A stretch of DNA of 51,523 nt, from assembly GCF_004010195.1 (NCBI RefSeq), contig NC_057718.1, positions 63,967,905 to 64,019,427 on the forward strand, in the 5' to 3' direction. A program made the position numbers and the translations under genes. The notes under the pieces are model-generated. The model had not been told where the DNA came from. It worked only from the letters and a program-made list of their open reading frames with translations, and ran no database searches. This stretch comes from Chiloscyllium plagiosum (lineage: Eukaryota). The first letter of the stretch is position 1, and every line of letters starts with the position of its first letter. Below, piece by piece: positions 1 to 11,202 of the stretch.

Positions 1-329
1 AATTAATGCCAGCTACTACTGTCGAACTGATTATCATCTTTAAGTGTGTATTTGCATTCTTTGAATTTTATTTGAGATTGTAAAATATTGAACTAATGTT
101 TTTAGCAATGAATCTTAATCTCCTTTTCCTCTTTGTTTTATTCTGCTTTCTATGCGTGATTTGGAATTTAATTAACCTTTTTAACTAACACTTTCTGGTT
201 CATATCCTGCACGCATCATCATTCATTTTTATAATCTGTTTTTGGAGATAAACAATTACTTTTGTGCAAATCCCAGATCCCTGCAGAAGGCATTACAGCA
301 AAGTCATTCTTATCGCAGTTTGTTTCGGG

Positions 330-3300
330 GAAAACTGCATTGAATGCCGAGAGAAGGAAGGGAATGTGTAACCATCAGGCAGTCCAAGAGAAACAGGCAT
401 GTGGTTCAGGAGCCACCTAGGGTCCCGCTCGCAAATCAGTATTCCAGTTTGGAGGTTGATGCGGGCATTTGCTCCTCCAGAGAGTGCAGACAGAAAATCA
501 GCAAGCGTGTGTAGAAAGGGAGGAAGACTAGAAGGACAATAGTAATAGGAGATTGTGGAGTTAAGGGAACAGATAGGCTCTACTGCCTACATGACTCCAG
601 GATGGTGTGTTGCCTCTCTGATGTTAATGTCTGGGATGTCACTGAATGGCAGCAGGGATAATAAAGTAGAGGTCATGGTACATGTTGGTATCAAAGACAT
701 AGGTAGAGAAGGATGAGGTCTTGCATCAATAATTCAAAGAGACAGCAGACTAAAAAGCAGCTCCTCTCGGATTGTAATCTCTGGATTATTCCCAGTGCCA
801 AATGCTAGCGAGCACAGAAATTGGAGAACAGTGCAGCTGAATGCATGGCTTTACAGTTGGTGCAGGGGAGGTTAGTTTAGATTCCTGGATCTCTGGGAAC
901 ATTTATGGGAAAGGTGGGATCTGTACAAGTGGGATGATCTATTCTGAACCAGAAGTAACATTCTTGTAGGTTGACTTGCTGGGCTATTGGGAGGAGTTTA
1001 AAGTAATTCAGCAGAGGGAGGAGACACAGACTGTTGGCAGAATAAGAGCACTGAATAATACAGGAAAACAATCAAGTTAGAGGGAGTGTGGCTGTATTAA
1101 TTTTCAAGGGAGTGAAGCAAAGCTGGATGGTCTTTACTTTAATGCCAGGAATATAACAGGCAAAGCAGCTGAGTAAAGGGTGATGATTGACAAAGAATGA
1201 ATGATATAGTAACCATCACAGATTGACACTAAGCAGATGAGTTAAGGGTGATGATTGACACATGGATGTGTCATGTAGTAACCACCACAGAGATGTGGTT
1301 GAGGGAGAAAAAGGGTTGGCAACTCGCCATTCTGCAATATAGAATCTTCAGACAAGACAGGGGAGGGGATAAAACAGGAGGAGGCATCGCACTATTTGTT
1401 AAAAAGACAGTTACTGCAGTAAGGAAATATGATATCTTGGAGGCAATATCGAATGAAGCTTTATGAGTAGAGCTTAGCAATAAAAAAGAGGGCAGTCACA
1501 TTGCTAATCAGTTATTATAGAGAGGGGATTTTAGAAAACTAAGGCAGGATCTGGCCAAAATAAACTGTGGGAAAATCTACAGAAGAGCAGTGGGGACGTT
1601 CAAACAGGAAAAGTGGAAGGACTAAAGCCCAGAGAGCCATGGATGACCAGAGATATTCAGGATACTATGAGAAGGAAAAGAGAGGCTTTTAGCAAGTACT
1701 AGATGAATAAATCAGCAGAGGCATTAGTGAAGTATAGAAAGTGCAGGGTGGAGCTTAAGAACGCAATTAGGAAAACAAAGAAGAGATATGAGAAAGCTCT
1801 GTCTGCTAAAAGGAGGGAAAATCCCCAAGATATTCTATAAGTATATCAATGGGAAGAAGATAAACAGGGAAGGATTGGAGTCCATTTGGGATCAAGCAGC
1901 AATCTATGGGTGGAGCCAGAGAACATTAGTAGAGTCTTGAACCAACCCATCACATTGTCTTCACCCAAGACAACATGGATGAAGGTTTGCAACCCAGGAG
2001 GACAGACTGCGTGGCACTTGAGCAAATTGACATATGGAAGGAAAGGTATAGGAGGTGTTAGCAGGCTTAAAAATAGACAAATCTCCATCTCGTGATAAAT
2101 TGTGTCCCAGGATACTGCGTGAGGCAAAGGAGGAGTTTGCAGGGGCACCTATCCAAATTTTTAATTCCCCTCTAGGCACGAGGAAGATTCCAGAGGATGA
2201 AATAGCTAATGTGGTTTCAATGTTTGAGAAGGATTGCAAGATAAGCCAGAAAACTATAGACCAGTGAATCTCAAGTCAATGATAGGGAAACAATTGGAGA
2301 AAATTCTGAAGGAGAGCATCTAGCTCCATTTGAAGAGGCAAGGCTTGATCAGGGATAGTCAACATGGCTTTGTCAGAAGGAAGTCATGCCTAACAAATTT
2401 GATTGAAATTTTTGAAGGGGTGAACAGGTGTATAGATGAGAGTGCTGTATTTAATATAGTTTATGTAGATTTCAGTAAAACCTTGGACAGGGTCCCACAT
2501 ATAGACTTATTTAGGAAACATTTGCACATGGGTTACAGGATAATTTGATAAAGTGAATTCAAAATTGGCTCAGTCGTGGGGGACAGCAGGCAATAACAGA
2601 AGACTGATTTAGTGACTGGAAACCAGTGTCCACTGGTGAGCCACAGGAAACTGTGCTGGGTCCCCAGTTATTTATCACTTATATAAATTTGGGGCAGAGA
2701 TGGCAGAGATTCCCTTCTTACCTGGTGTGGCCTACATGTGACTGCAGATCCATAGTAATGTGGTTGATTCTTTAAATGTCCTCTAGGAAATTAGGGACAG
2801 GCAATAAAATGCTGGTCTAACCAGCGAACATCCCGTGAATGAAGGAAAAAAATGACATAGATGACTGGGTGGGTGTGGGGGGGATGTTGGATTGGCAAGT
2901 TTGAGGATTGGTTGGGTAGCTTACAATGAGGTTGAGTATCTCAGCTTACAAGACAATACAAACAGGATAGTAAAATGGGCAGAGAAGTGGCAGATGGAAT
3001 CTAACCCTGAACAGTGTGAGGTGATACACTTTGGAAGGAGTAATTTGAAAATGAAATATTCAATGAATGGCATGACACTAGGCAGTTCTGTGGAACAAAG
3101 GGACCTTGAACTTTTTGTCCCTAGATTTCTGAAGGTGGAACGGCATGTTAGTAAAGGCCATTTGGGATGAAAAAGGCCTGTGGGATGCTTGCCTTTATCA
3201 AATCAAGGCATTGATTACAAAAGCATGGAAGTCACGATGGAGTTGTATCAAACTTTGGTGAGAGCACAGCAAAGTACTGTGTGCCACTGTGGTCACATTA

Positions 3301-3800
3301 TAGGAGGGATGTGATTGCACTGAATGGGTGCAGTGGAGATTCACCAACTGCTACCAGGGGTGGACAATTTAGTTATGCACAAAAGTTAGATGGGGTTGGG
3401 TTATTTTAATTGGAGCAGAGAAGACTGGGGGCTGATCTGATGGAGGTGTCCAATATTATAAGGGGCATAGATAGAGTTTATAAGGAGTAGCTGTTCCCTT
3501 CAGTTGAAGGATCGGTCATGAGGGCACACAGGTTCAAGGTGAGGGGCAGGAGGTTTATGGGGGAATGTGAAGAAAAACCTTTCTACCCAGAGGATGGTGC
3601 CAGTCTGGAATATCCTGCCTGGGAGGGTGGTGGAGGTGAATTGTCTCATATTCTTTAAAAAGTACTTAGGTGAGCACTTGGTACTGCATAATATGTAAGG
3701 CTGTGAGCCAAGTGCTGGTAAATGGGATGAGGTTGAAAGTCAGGTATTTCTCACATGATGAGGTAGATTTGATGGGCGGAAGGGCCTCTCATGCACTGCC
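330..3800 (+). mobile_element. Near full-length decayed CR1 LINE (ORF1 with SGNH esterase-like region, ORF2 APE endonuclease and reverse transcriptase, 3' UTR)
   Basis: ORF1 remnants (IVIGD at ~540, HVG..DIG at ~680). APE start FYFNARNI at ~1130 and YRIFRQDR..GGGIALFVK. RT remnants DSQHGFVRRKSCLTNLIEIFE and VYVDFSKTLDRVPH, then WAEKWQMESNPEQCEVIHFG. Many stops and frameshifts; internal deletion near 1520. Confidence 0.95.
2689..2849 (+). mobile_element. 3'-end fragment of a second CR1/L2-clade LINE family inserted into the CR1 RT
   Basis: Interrupts the host coding run TATATAAAT|GACATAGATGAC (YINDIDD). Ends in TTAGGGACAGGCAATAAAATGCTGG...GAATGAAGGAAAAAAA and is flanked by AAAT (2685-2688 / 2850-2853). 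Its tail resembles the reverse complement of ~10140-10180. Confidence 0.8.
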
Positions 3801-3937
3801 TGGGTCTAAGGGCCATTCATGCAGAATTCACTGGAAAAAATCAGAGTCACAATTTTGTTGTTTGTAGTGGAAACAAGTCATTATTGTTCTGCCTGACTTT
3901 CCCAATCACCTACCACCTTCCCCAGCACTTAAGGAAC

Positions 3938-4238
3938 AGGATGGCACAGTGGTTAGCACTGCTGCCTCACAGTGCCAGAAACCCAGGTTCAATTCCCGCC
4001 TCAGGCAACTGTCTGTGTGGAGTTTGCACATTCTCCCCATGTCAGCGTGGGTTTCCTCCGGGTGCTCCGGTTTCTTCCCACAATCCAAAAATGTGCAGGT
4101 TAGGTGAATTGGCCATGCTAAATTGCCCATAGTGTTAGGTGTAGGGGAATGGGTCTGGGTGGGTTGCTCTTCAGAGGGTCGGTGTGGACTTGTTGGGCTG
4201 AAGGGCCTGTTTCCACACTGTAAATAATCTAATCTAAT
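3938..4238 (+). mobile_element. HE1-type (V-SINE) tRNA-derived SINE
   Basis: A box TGGCACAGTGGTT, B box GGTTCAATTCC, V-domain GTGTGGAGTTTGCACATTCTCCCC..GGGTTTCCTCCGGGTGCTCCGGTTTC, CR1-like tail and TAATCTAATCTAAT end. Confidence 0.95.
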
Positions 4239-5009
4239 GAGGAATAGGAGCATGGATAGACAATACATGTCACTGAGTGTCTCTAACAGGAGTAAGGCTG
4301 ATTTGGTGCTTCCATTTTACTTTCCTGCCCAATCCTCATATCCTTGATTCCTCAAGACATCAAATATTTTTCAATCCCAGCATCAAATACATCTATAACC
4401 TTCTGGAGTAGAACATTCCCAGTATTTAAATCTTTGAGTGAAAAGATTTCCTTCATCTCAGTCCTAAACAATACCTTATCCTGAGACACTATGTTTTAGA
4501 ATTACAGACAGCAAAAACAATCTTACAGTATCTATCATGTGAAGCCCCTTCAGGATCTTATATGCTTTAATGGGATCCACTTTTCATTTCTCTAAACTCC
4601 AGAGAATATAGGCCAGAATTATTCAACTGTTCACCAGAAAACAAGTCTCTCATTCCAGGCACTAATATACTGAACCTTCTCTACAGAGTTGAAATACAAA
4701 TATATCCTTCTTCAAATGTGGAGTCTCTATTCCTATACTCCAATCACCTTACAATTAATTAATGTTAATATGTAATTTGCATATGGCATGTCAATACTCA
4801 TTTTCCAAATTGCTCGCTGTATGTGTGCTTTATATGAGGACACTATCATTTCTCTAAACATCATTTATAAGTTTTCGTAAATATTCTATTCTTATGACCA
4901 AACTGAATGACCTCATGCTTTCCCTTATTATACTGCATTCACCACCTTGTTGTCTACTCACTTGACCCAAAAATCATGCATTGCTATGCTGCATTTGAAA
5001 GCGATCTTG

Positions 5010-5090
5010 AATTTGGTCTTTGCTGCCAGTCACATTGAAGACAGCACCAGAAATGTTTTGTTACCTTCATGGATCTGACAAAATATCCAT
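5010..5090 (+). mobile_element. Possible RTE-clade LINE RT fragment
   Basis: Reads LVFAASHIED...FMDLTK across a frameshift, resembling the RTE motif MIFAARQLQEK...FVDLTKAFD. Confidence 0.3.
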
Positions 5091-5101
5091 GATATTTGTC
5101 A

Positions 5102-5204
5102 GATAGGGTAGGAGTGTCAGTCTGGATGGGATGCTCATCGGAGGTTTGATGGGGACTGAATGGGCTGAATGGCCTGCTTCCACACTATAGGGCCTCTATG
5201 ATTC
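5102..5204 (+). mobile_element. HE1 SINE 3' fragment
   Basis: GTCTGGATGGGATGCTC..GGGCTGAATGGCCTGCTTCCACACT..CTCTATGATTCT, matching the 3' part of the SINE at 3938-4238. Confidence 0.8.
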
Positions 5205-5976
5205 TGAGTAGAATTCATCCTTTAGTCGAGGGACAGTCACGACTGCTGCTGAGTGTAGTGCAGTTTCTCAGTGTCCTCCTTACAACTTGTATTTCAGCCT
5301 ACCTCTGTATCATACACATACTTAGGATACATTAACATCTGTCACTTCATTTAGATTGGTAATATAAGGTTGTAAATAGCACAGATGCTTGTGGCACTCC
5401 ACCATTCACAGCCTGCCAACTTGAAAATAGTCCACTTATCCATATACTTTGCCTCTAGCCCATTAATCAATCCAGTGTCCGTGCTAATATATTGTCCACA
5501 ACTCCAAGAACCCATACCTTGCTGATTAACATTCAGTATGGCACCTTATCAAGTGCCATTTGGAAATCTAAGTATCTCTAAATCCACTTGTTCCCGTTCT
5601 CTAACTTTCACCTGCTAGTCAAATCCTCAAAAAACTCTAATAAACTTCCCAGTCATGATTTTCCTTCAGTGACAATACTTATTTTCTTTGATCATGCCAT
5701 GATTTACTAAGTGCCTTGTTGAGTCTACCTTCACGTTAGATTCCATCACTTTCCTGATGTCAGACTACCCGGGTCTGTTGTTCCATTTTCTCTCTCCCTC
5801 CTTTCTTGAACAACCCTGTCACATTCACCAACTTTAATCTGCTGGAACGGTTGCAGAATCTGGGGAATTTTGGAAAATCACAGCCAGCATTCCACTACCT
5901 TGGCTGCTCAAACCTTAGATATAGGCATTCAGGTCTACTGATGTGTTAAAGTTTAGCTCCTTAAGACTTTTTTTAG

Positions 5977-6032
5977 GTTCCCTACAGTATGGAAACAGGC
6001 CCTTTGGCCCAACAAGTCCACACTGACCCTCT
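5977..6032 (-). mobile_element. HE1 SINE 3' tail fragment
   Basis: GGAAACAGGCCCTTTGGCCCAACAAGTCCACACTGACCCTC is close to the reverse complement of 4174-4214. Confidence 0.85.
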
Positions 6033-7156
6033 AGTATTCTAGACTAGTTTCTGTAGTATTTTGTCTACTCTGATAATATTTGCCTTAATTTCTGACTCAT
6101 TCTCACATCTGGTAAGACGATACAGCCAACTTTTTAAGGGATGACATGTGATCGGTGAAATTAATGAAATACACAAAGTTCCTCTTCCTCCAGACAAACC
6201 CTTTGAAAGTAGCTGCAAGGTGGGTCATTGATGTTGTTTGACCTTTATCCCAAAGTGAAAGAGTTTACTGAACAACTGTCATAGTTTTCAGGTTTCCTGG
6301 CACCATGTTAGAGAAGGATTGCGTGTTAACATCAGGGCTGCTTAACTGCACTTCCAGACCTCTGAAATGCTTTATTAACAATTGACGTACAAGATTAAAT
6401 ACTTTGGACAATTACCAAAACATTTTACAATGCTTTAACTTACTTTGTTGCTCACGTGCTTTGGCAGATTGACAGAACACAGAAAGAAAGCATGCAGGTT
6501 TTTATCATGCCAGCAATCAAATCATCAAATTAGAATAATTAAGCTTGAGTGAAAAGCCAAACGACACTGCAATGTGACTGGTGTGAATATAATTAACCTA
6601 CAAGGCGCATTTTATTGAAATATGGCATGTACATATTTGTGTCTCATAAGAATAACTAATATGTTTACATTAGTTAGTATCTCTTGTGGAATAAAATCAC
6701 TCTGGCTGCTTGCATCATATTTAAACACTTATCAATGCACTCTCAGAAATAAATTATGTCATTCAGTGCAAATAGATCCAGCACTCAATAATACTTGGAG
6801 CAGTAAGTTCATTGTAGACACACTACCATTGCGGTTTTACCGAATGATAAGGCACGAGCCATACAATAGATGTCACTTCTCTTATTAATAATTGTGAATC
6901 CTTCCACATACTTGCATGCAGAGAACTGGCCTTGGAATGAATATATTTGATGTACACTATTCAGGGAAGTGAGCTGGTTTTGTTTAACTATTTCCTGGCA
7001 CTTTAGTCTCTGGGTGGTGGAAAGTTGATGTTGGAAAAACATGCTTGAGTTGAAAGAGTAGCTTGGACTCAAAAGTTTTTCTACTCAATGGTTAGACTGC
7101 GGCCAGCTACAATCCAGCCAATAGACTCAAGAATATTGTTGCATGTATTGTGCGAG

Positions 7157-8800
7157 ACAAAAAAAAACTGTAGATGCTGGAATCCAAAGTAGCAGGCAGG
7201 AGGCTGCAAGAACACAGCAAGCCAGGCAGCATCAGGAGGTGCAGAAGTCAATGTTTTGGGTATAACCCTTCTTCAGGACTGGGGGGTAAGGTTGAAGGGA
7301 GCTGCAGATAAAGGGGGTATGGGGGAGGGTTTTGGGAGGGGAGANNNNNNNNNNNNNNNNNNNNNNNNNNNNNNNNNNNNNNNNNNNNNNNNNNNNNNNN
7401 NNNNNNNNNNNNNNNNNNNNNNNNNNNNNNNNNNNNNNNNNNNNNNNNNNNNNNNNNNNNNNNNNNNNNNNNNNNNNNNNNNNNNNNNNNNNNNNNNNNN
7501 NNNNNNNNNNNNNNNNNNNNNNNNNNNNNNNNNNNNNNNNNNNNNNNNNNNNNNNNNNNNNNNNNNNNNNNNNNNNNNNNNNNNNNNNNNNNNNNNNNNN
7601 NNNNNNNNNNNNNNNNNNNNNNNNNNNNNNNNNNNNNNNNNNNNNNNNNNNNGTTGCACAGATGGTACCTGGGGGTTCAGGGGAGGTCGGTGGGGAGAAT
7701 GTCTCAAACCAAGGATTGTTGAAGGCAGAGAGGGGTGGGAAGGGGAAGATGTTCTTGGTGGTGGGGGTCTAGTTGGAGTTGGTGGAAGTATTTCAGGATG
7801 ATACGTTGGATGCGGAGACTGGTGGGGTGGAAGGTGAGGATTGCGTTTATTGCGTTTGGAGGGATGAAGTTTAGAGCAGTGGAACGGGGAATGGAGGTGG
7901 TACAGTGGATGGCTGTCTGGATGACAGAGGAGGAAAAGCACGTTGTTCAAAATAGGTGGACATCTGGGATGTCTCCTCGTCCGAGGACTGGAAAAATGGG
8001 TTGGAGCGCTTGCAGGATACTGGGAGGGAGGAGGTGTAGGAGGTAGTTAGGGGAGTCTGTGGGTTTATAATAAAAGTCTGATGGTAGACTGTCGCTGGAG
8101 ATGAAAGCAAAGAGGTCAAGAAAGGGGAGAGAGTTGTCTGAGATGGACCATGTTAAGTTAAGAGCGGATGGAAGTTGTTGGCAAAGTCGATGAACTGCTG
8201 CAGTTCAATCTGGGTGCAGGATGCAGCACCAACGCAGTCATTGATGTAACGGCAGAAGATTTGGGGAACAGTGCCTGTGTAGGTACTAATGAGGGACTGT
8301 TTAACATAGCCGACAAACAGACAGGGATAACTAGGGCCCATCCGCATGCCCATGGACACCCCCTGGATTTGGAGGAAATGGGAAGAGTTGAAGGAAAAGT
8401 TGTCAAGGGTGAGGACTAGTTCTGTGAGGCAGAGCAGGGTATTGGTGGAAGGGGACTGGATGGCTTTGTAGAAGAGGAGGAAGCTGAGGGCCTGAAGGCC
8501 GTCGTTGTGGGCATGGACGTGTATAAGGACTGTACATCCATTGTGAAGATAAAGCACTGGGGGCTAGGGAACTGGAAGTTACTGAAGAGGTGAAGGGCGT
8601 GGTTAGTGTCCCGGATGTAGGGGGAGAGGATGGAATTGAGATCGGAAGAAATGAGTTCGGTGGGGCAGGAGCATACGGAGGCAAGGGGTTGGCCTGGGCA
8701 GGTAGGTTTGTGGATCTTGTGGAGCAGGTAGAATCGGGCAGTGTTGGGGCTGGGGGACTATGAGGTCAGAGGTGGTGGAGAGGAGATTACCAGAAAAGTG
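7157..8800 (-). mobile_element. Penelope-like element, decayed RT and thumb region plus 3' terminal repeat (assembly gap 7345-7651)
   Basis: Minus-strand translation: NFSFNSSHFLQIQGVSMGMRMGPSYPCLFVGYV..RYINDCVG..FIDFANNFHP, then WSISDNSLPFLD..YYKPTDS. The terminal repeat carries a decayed hammerhead core at ~7247-7278. Confidence 0.92.
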
Positions 8801-9099
8801 CAAGACATGCTGGATGTTGAAGTAATTTGTCCATTCCATTTGTGCTGGTTTCTAGGGAAGACTGTGCACACGTTTGCATAGAGTTTACAGGAAACCAGCT
8901 GCTTCAAATAACGGAGATCATTGGGATATTCCATGGATTCAATAGATTCAAACTATTCTTGTTCTAATAGAACATCATTGGTAGATTCCACAGCATCATG
9001 TTCAGTCCTATTCAGCTGGAGCTATCCAAGTTTATAATGAATCCTACTCGAATAACAAATACTCTTCCTGGTTTTTATTGATTCTTTAATTTTGCTCAG

Positions 9100-9955
9100 C
9101 AAAGAAGGTTACCTCAGGTTACAACGGGATCTTGATCAGATGGGCTAATGGGCAGATGGAGTTCAATTTAGATAAATGTGAGGTGCTGCATTTTGGAAAA
9201 GCAAATCAGACCAGGACTTATACATTTAATAGTAAGGTCCTGGGAGGTGTTGCTCAACAAAGAGACCTTGGAGTGCAGGTTCATAGCTCCTTGAAAGTGG
9301 AGTCGCAGGTAGATAGGATAGTGAAGAAGGTATTTAGTATGCTTTCCTTTATTGGTCAGAGTATTGAGTACAGGAGTTGGGAGGCCATGTTGCGGCTGTA
9401 CAGGACATTGGTTTGGCCACTATTGGAATGTATTACAATTCTAGTCTCCCTCCTATCAGAAGGATGTTGTGAAACATGAAAAAAAATTTACAAGGATGTT
9501 GCCAGTGTTGGAGGGTTTGAGTGATAGGGAGAGGCTGAATAGGCTGGGGCTATTTTCCCTGGAGCGTTCAAGGCTGAGGGGTGACCTTATAGAAGTTTAT
9601 AAAATTATGAGGGGCATGGATAAGGTAAATAGACAAGATCTTTTCCCAGAGTGGGAAAATCCAGAATGAGAGGGCATAGGTTTAGGGTGAGAGGGCATAA
9701 ATTTAAAAGGGATCTATGGGGCAACATTTTCACGCAGAGGGTGGTGCATGTATGGAATGAGCTGCTAGAGAAAGTGGGGGAGACTGGTACATTTACAACA
9801 GAAAAGAGGGATCTGGATGGGTATATGTATAGGAAGAGTTTGGAGGGATATGGGACAAGTACTGGGATATGGGACTAGATTAGTTTAGGATATTTGATTG
9901 GGCATGGACTGAAGGGTCCGTTTCTGTTATGTATATCTTTATGATTTTATGACTC
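9100..9955 (+). mobile_element. 5'-truncated CR1 LINE
   Basis: QMEFNLDKCEVLHFG..QRDLGVQVHSSLKV..LYRTLV..RLRGDLIEVYKIM..FTQRVVHVWNEL, followed by a (TTTATGA)-type tail. Confidence 0.95.
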
Positions 9956-10002
9956 AATTATGGCTTGTTTGCTGACACAAGCATTCATTACGGCACTCAA
10001 TT

Positions 10003-10810
10003 AAAGCAAAACACTGTAGATGTTGGAAATCTGAAACAAAAATAGGAAGTGCTGGAGAAACTCAGCAGGTCTGGCAGTGTCTGTAGAGAGAAAAACAGTG
10101 TTAATATTCCAAATCTAGTATGACTTCTTCATTTATAGGTCTGGGCATCACTGACTAAACCCATCCCCAATTGTCCTGGAGAAGCTGCTGGTGAACTGCC
10201 TTCCTGAACTGGTGTCGTCCATGTGTTGTAGGTAGATGCTCATGCTGTGAGGAAGCATCAGGATTTGACTCAGCAACACTGAAGGAACGGTGAAATATTT
10301 CCATGTCATGATGGTGAGTGGCTTGGAGGGGATCTTGCAGGGGGTGTTGTTCCCATGTCTCTGCTGCCCTTGTCCTTCCACTAGGGATCATGGGTTTGGA
10401 AGGCACTATCTCAGAAGATTTGGTAAATTCCTGCACCACGTCTTGTAAATGGTATACAGTGCTGCTACTGATCATTGGTGATGGAGGGACTGAATGTTTG
10501 TGGATGTGGAACCAAGAAAGCAGGCTGTTTTGTCATGAATGGTGTCAAGAATCCAGAACATTGTTGGAGTTGCACTCATCCAGGCCATCATACCACTGCC
10601 TTGTGCCTTTTGGATGATGCACAAGCTTTGAGGAGTCATGAGATGAGTTAATCCCGACAGGAATCCTAATCTCTGACCTGCTCTTGCAGCCACTAATTTA
10701 TATAGCTGGTCCAGTTCAGTTTCTGGAGTCATTAGATTTAAAATGTTAACTCTGTTTCTCTCTCCACACATGCTGCCAGATCTGCTGCCTCTCTCTCTAG
10801 CATGTTCTTT
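10003..10810. mobile_element. Inverted pair of PLE terminal repeats (10003-10134 minus, 10722-10810 plus) split by a LINE insertion
   Basis: CAGCAGGTCTGGCAGTGTCTGTAGAGAGAAAAACAGTGTTAATATT is mirrored by AATGTTAACTCTGTTTCTCTCTCCACACATGCTGCCAGATCTGCTG. A decayed TGAAGAAGTCATAC core lies on the minus strand. Confidence 0.75.
10135..10721 (-). mobile_element. 3' part of a CR1/L2-clade LINE (same family as 2689-2849)
   Basis: Minus ORF AARAGQRLGFL..LTHLMTPQSL..KAQ..WMSATPT..LDTIHDKTACFLG is a post-RT region. The 3' UTR ends ..CAATTGGGGATGGG..GATGCCCAGACC. Confidence 0.85.
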
Positions 10811-11202
10811 TTTTATTTCCCTGATACGTTTCATCCATGTCACCTACAATGCAACCTAATTCAACTTCTGCTTCAGTTTTCGATATATCAACAGATTCTG
10901 GCTGGATCCAGCTGACCCAGAACAAGTATTGGAGACTGCAGCAAGATGTGTGTCTGTGTATGAGGGAAATAGTGGGAGTGAAAGTGTTAGTGAGAAAGGG
11001 GGAGTTACAGAAAGTGAGCAAAAGTATGTGTATGAGAATATATGTGTGAGATAGTGAGACAGATAGGGCATGAAGGACAAAAGTGTGCATGTGTGAGATA
11101 GTGAGAGAGAGGGGGAATGAAAAAGTAAAAGTATGTCTATGTGGGAAGTATATGAGTAAGAGGCAATTTGTGTGAGAAGGTGTCTGTATAAGAAAGAGAG
11201 TT

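Larger units (their letters stand above)
4300..5965 (-). mobile_element. Old, highly decayed CR1 LINE (3' half), interrupted at ~4970-5290
   Basis: The reverse complement resembles the RT and 3' region of other CR1 copies here (e.g. CATGATTTTCCTTC for GKSC, AGTGAAAAGATTTCCTTCATCTC). Confidence 0.75.

Noticed and set aside
3938..4010. tRNA gene-like A/B boxes (also at 15426, 24634, 34186, 43470, 50828)
   Set aside because: These are the tRNA-derived heads of HE1 SINEs, followed by V-domain and LINE tail, with no complete cloverleaf.
6622..7072. ORFs 6622-6888(+) and 6809-7072(-) as genes
   Set aside because: Short, with no recognisable domain; compatible with chance ORFs.
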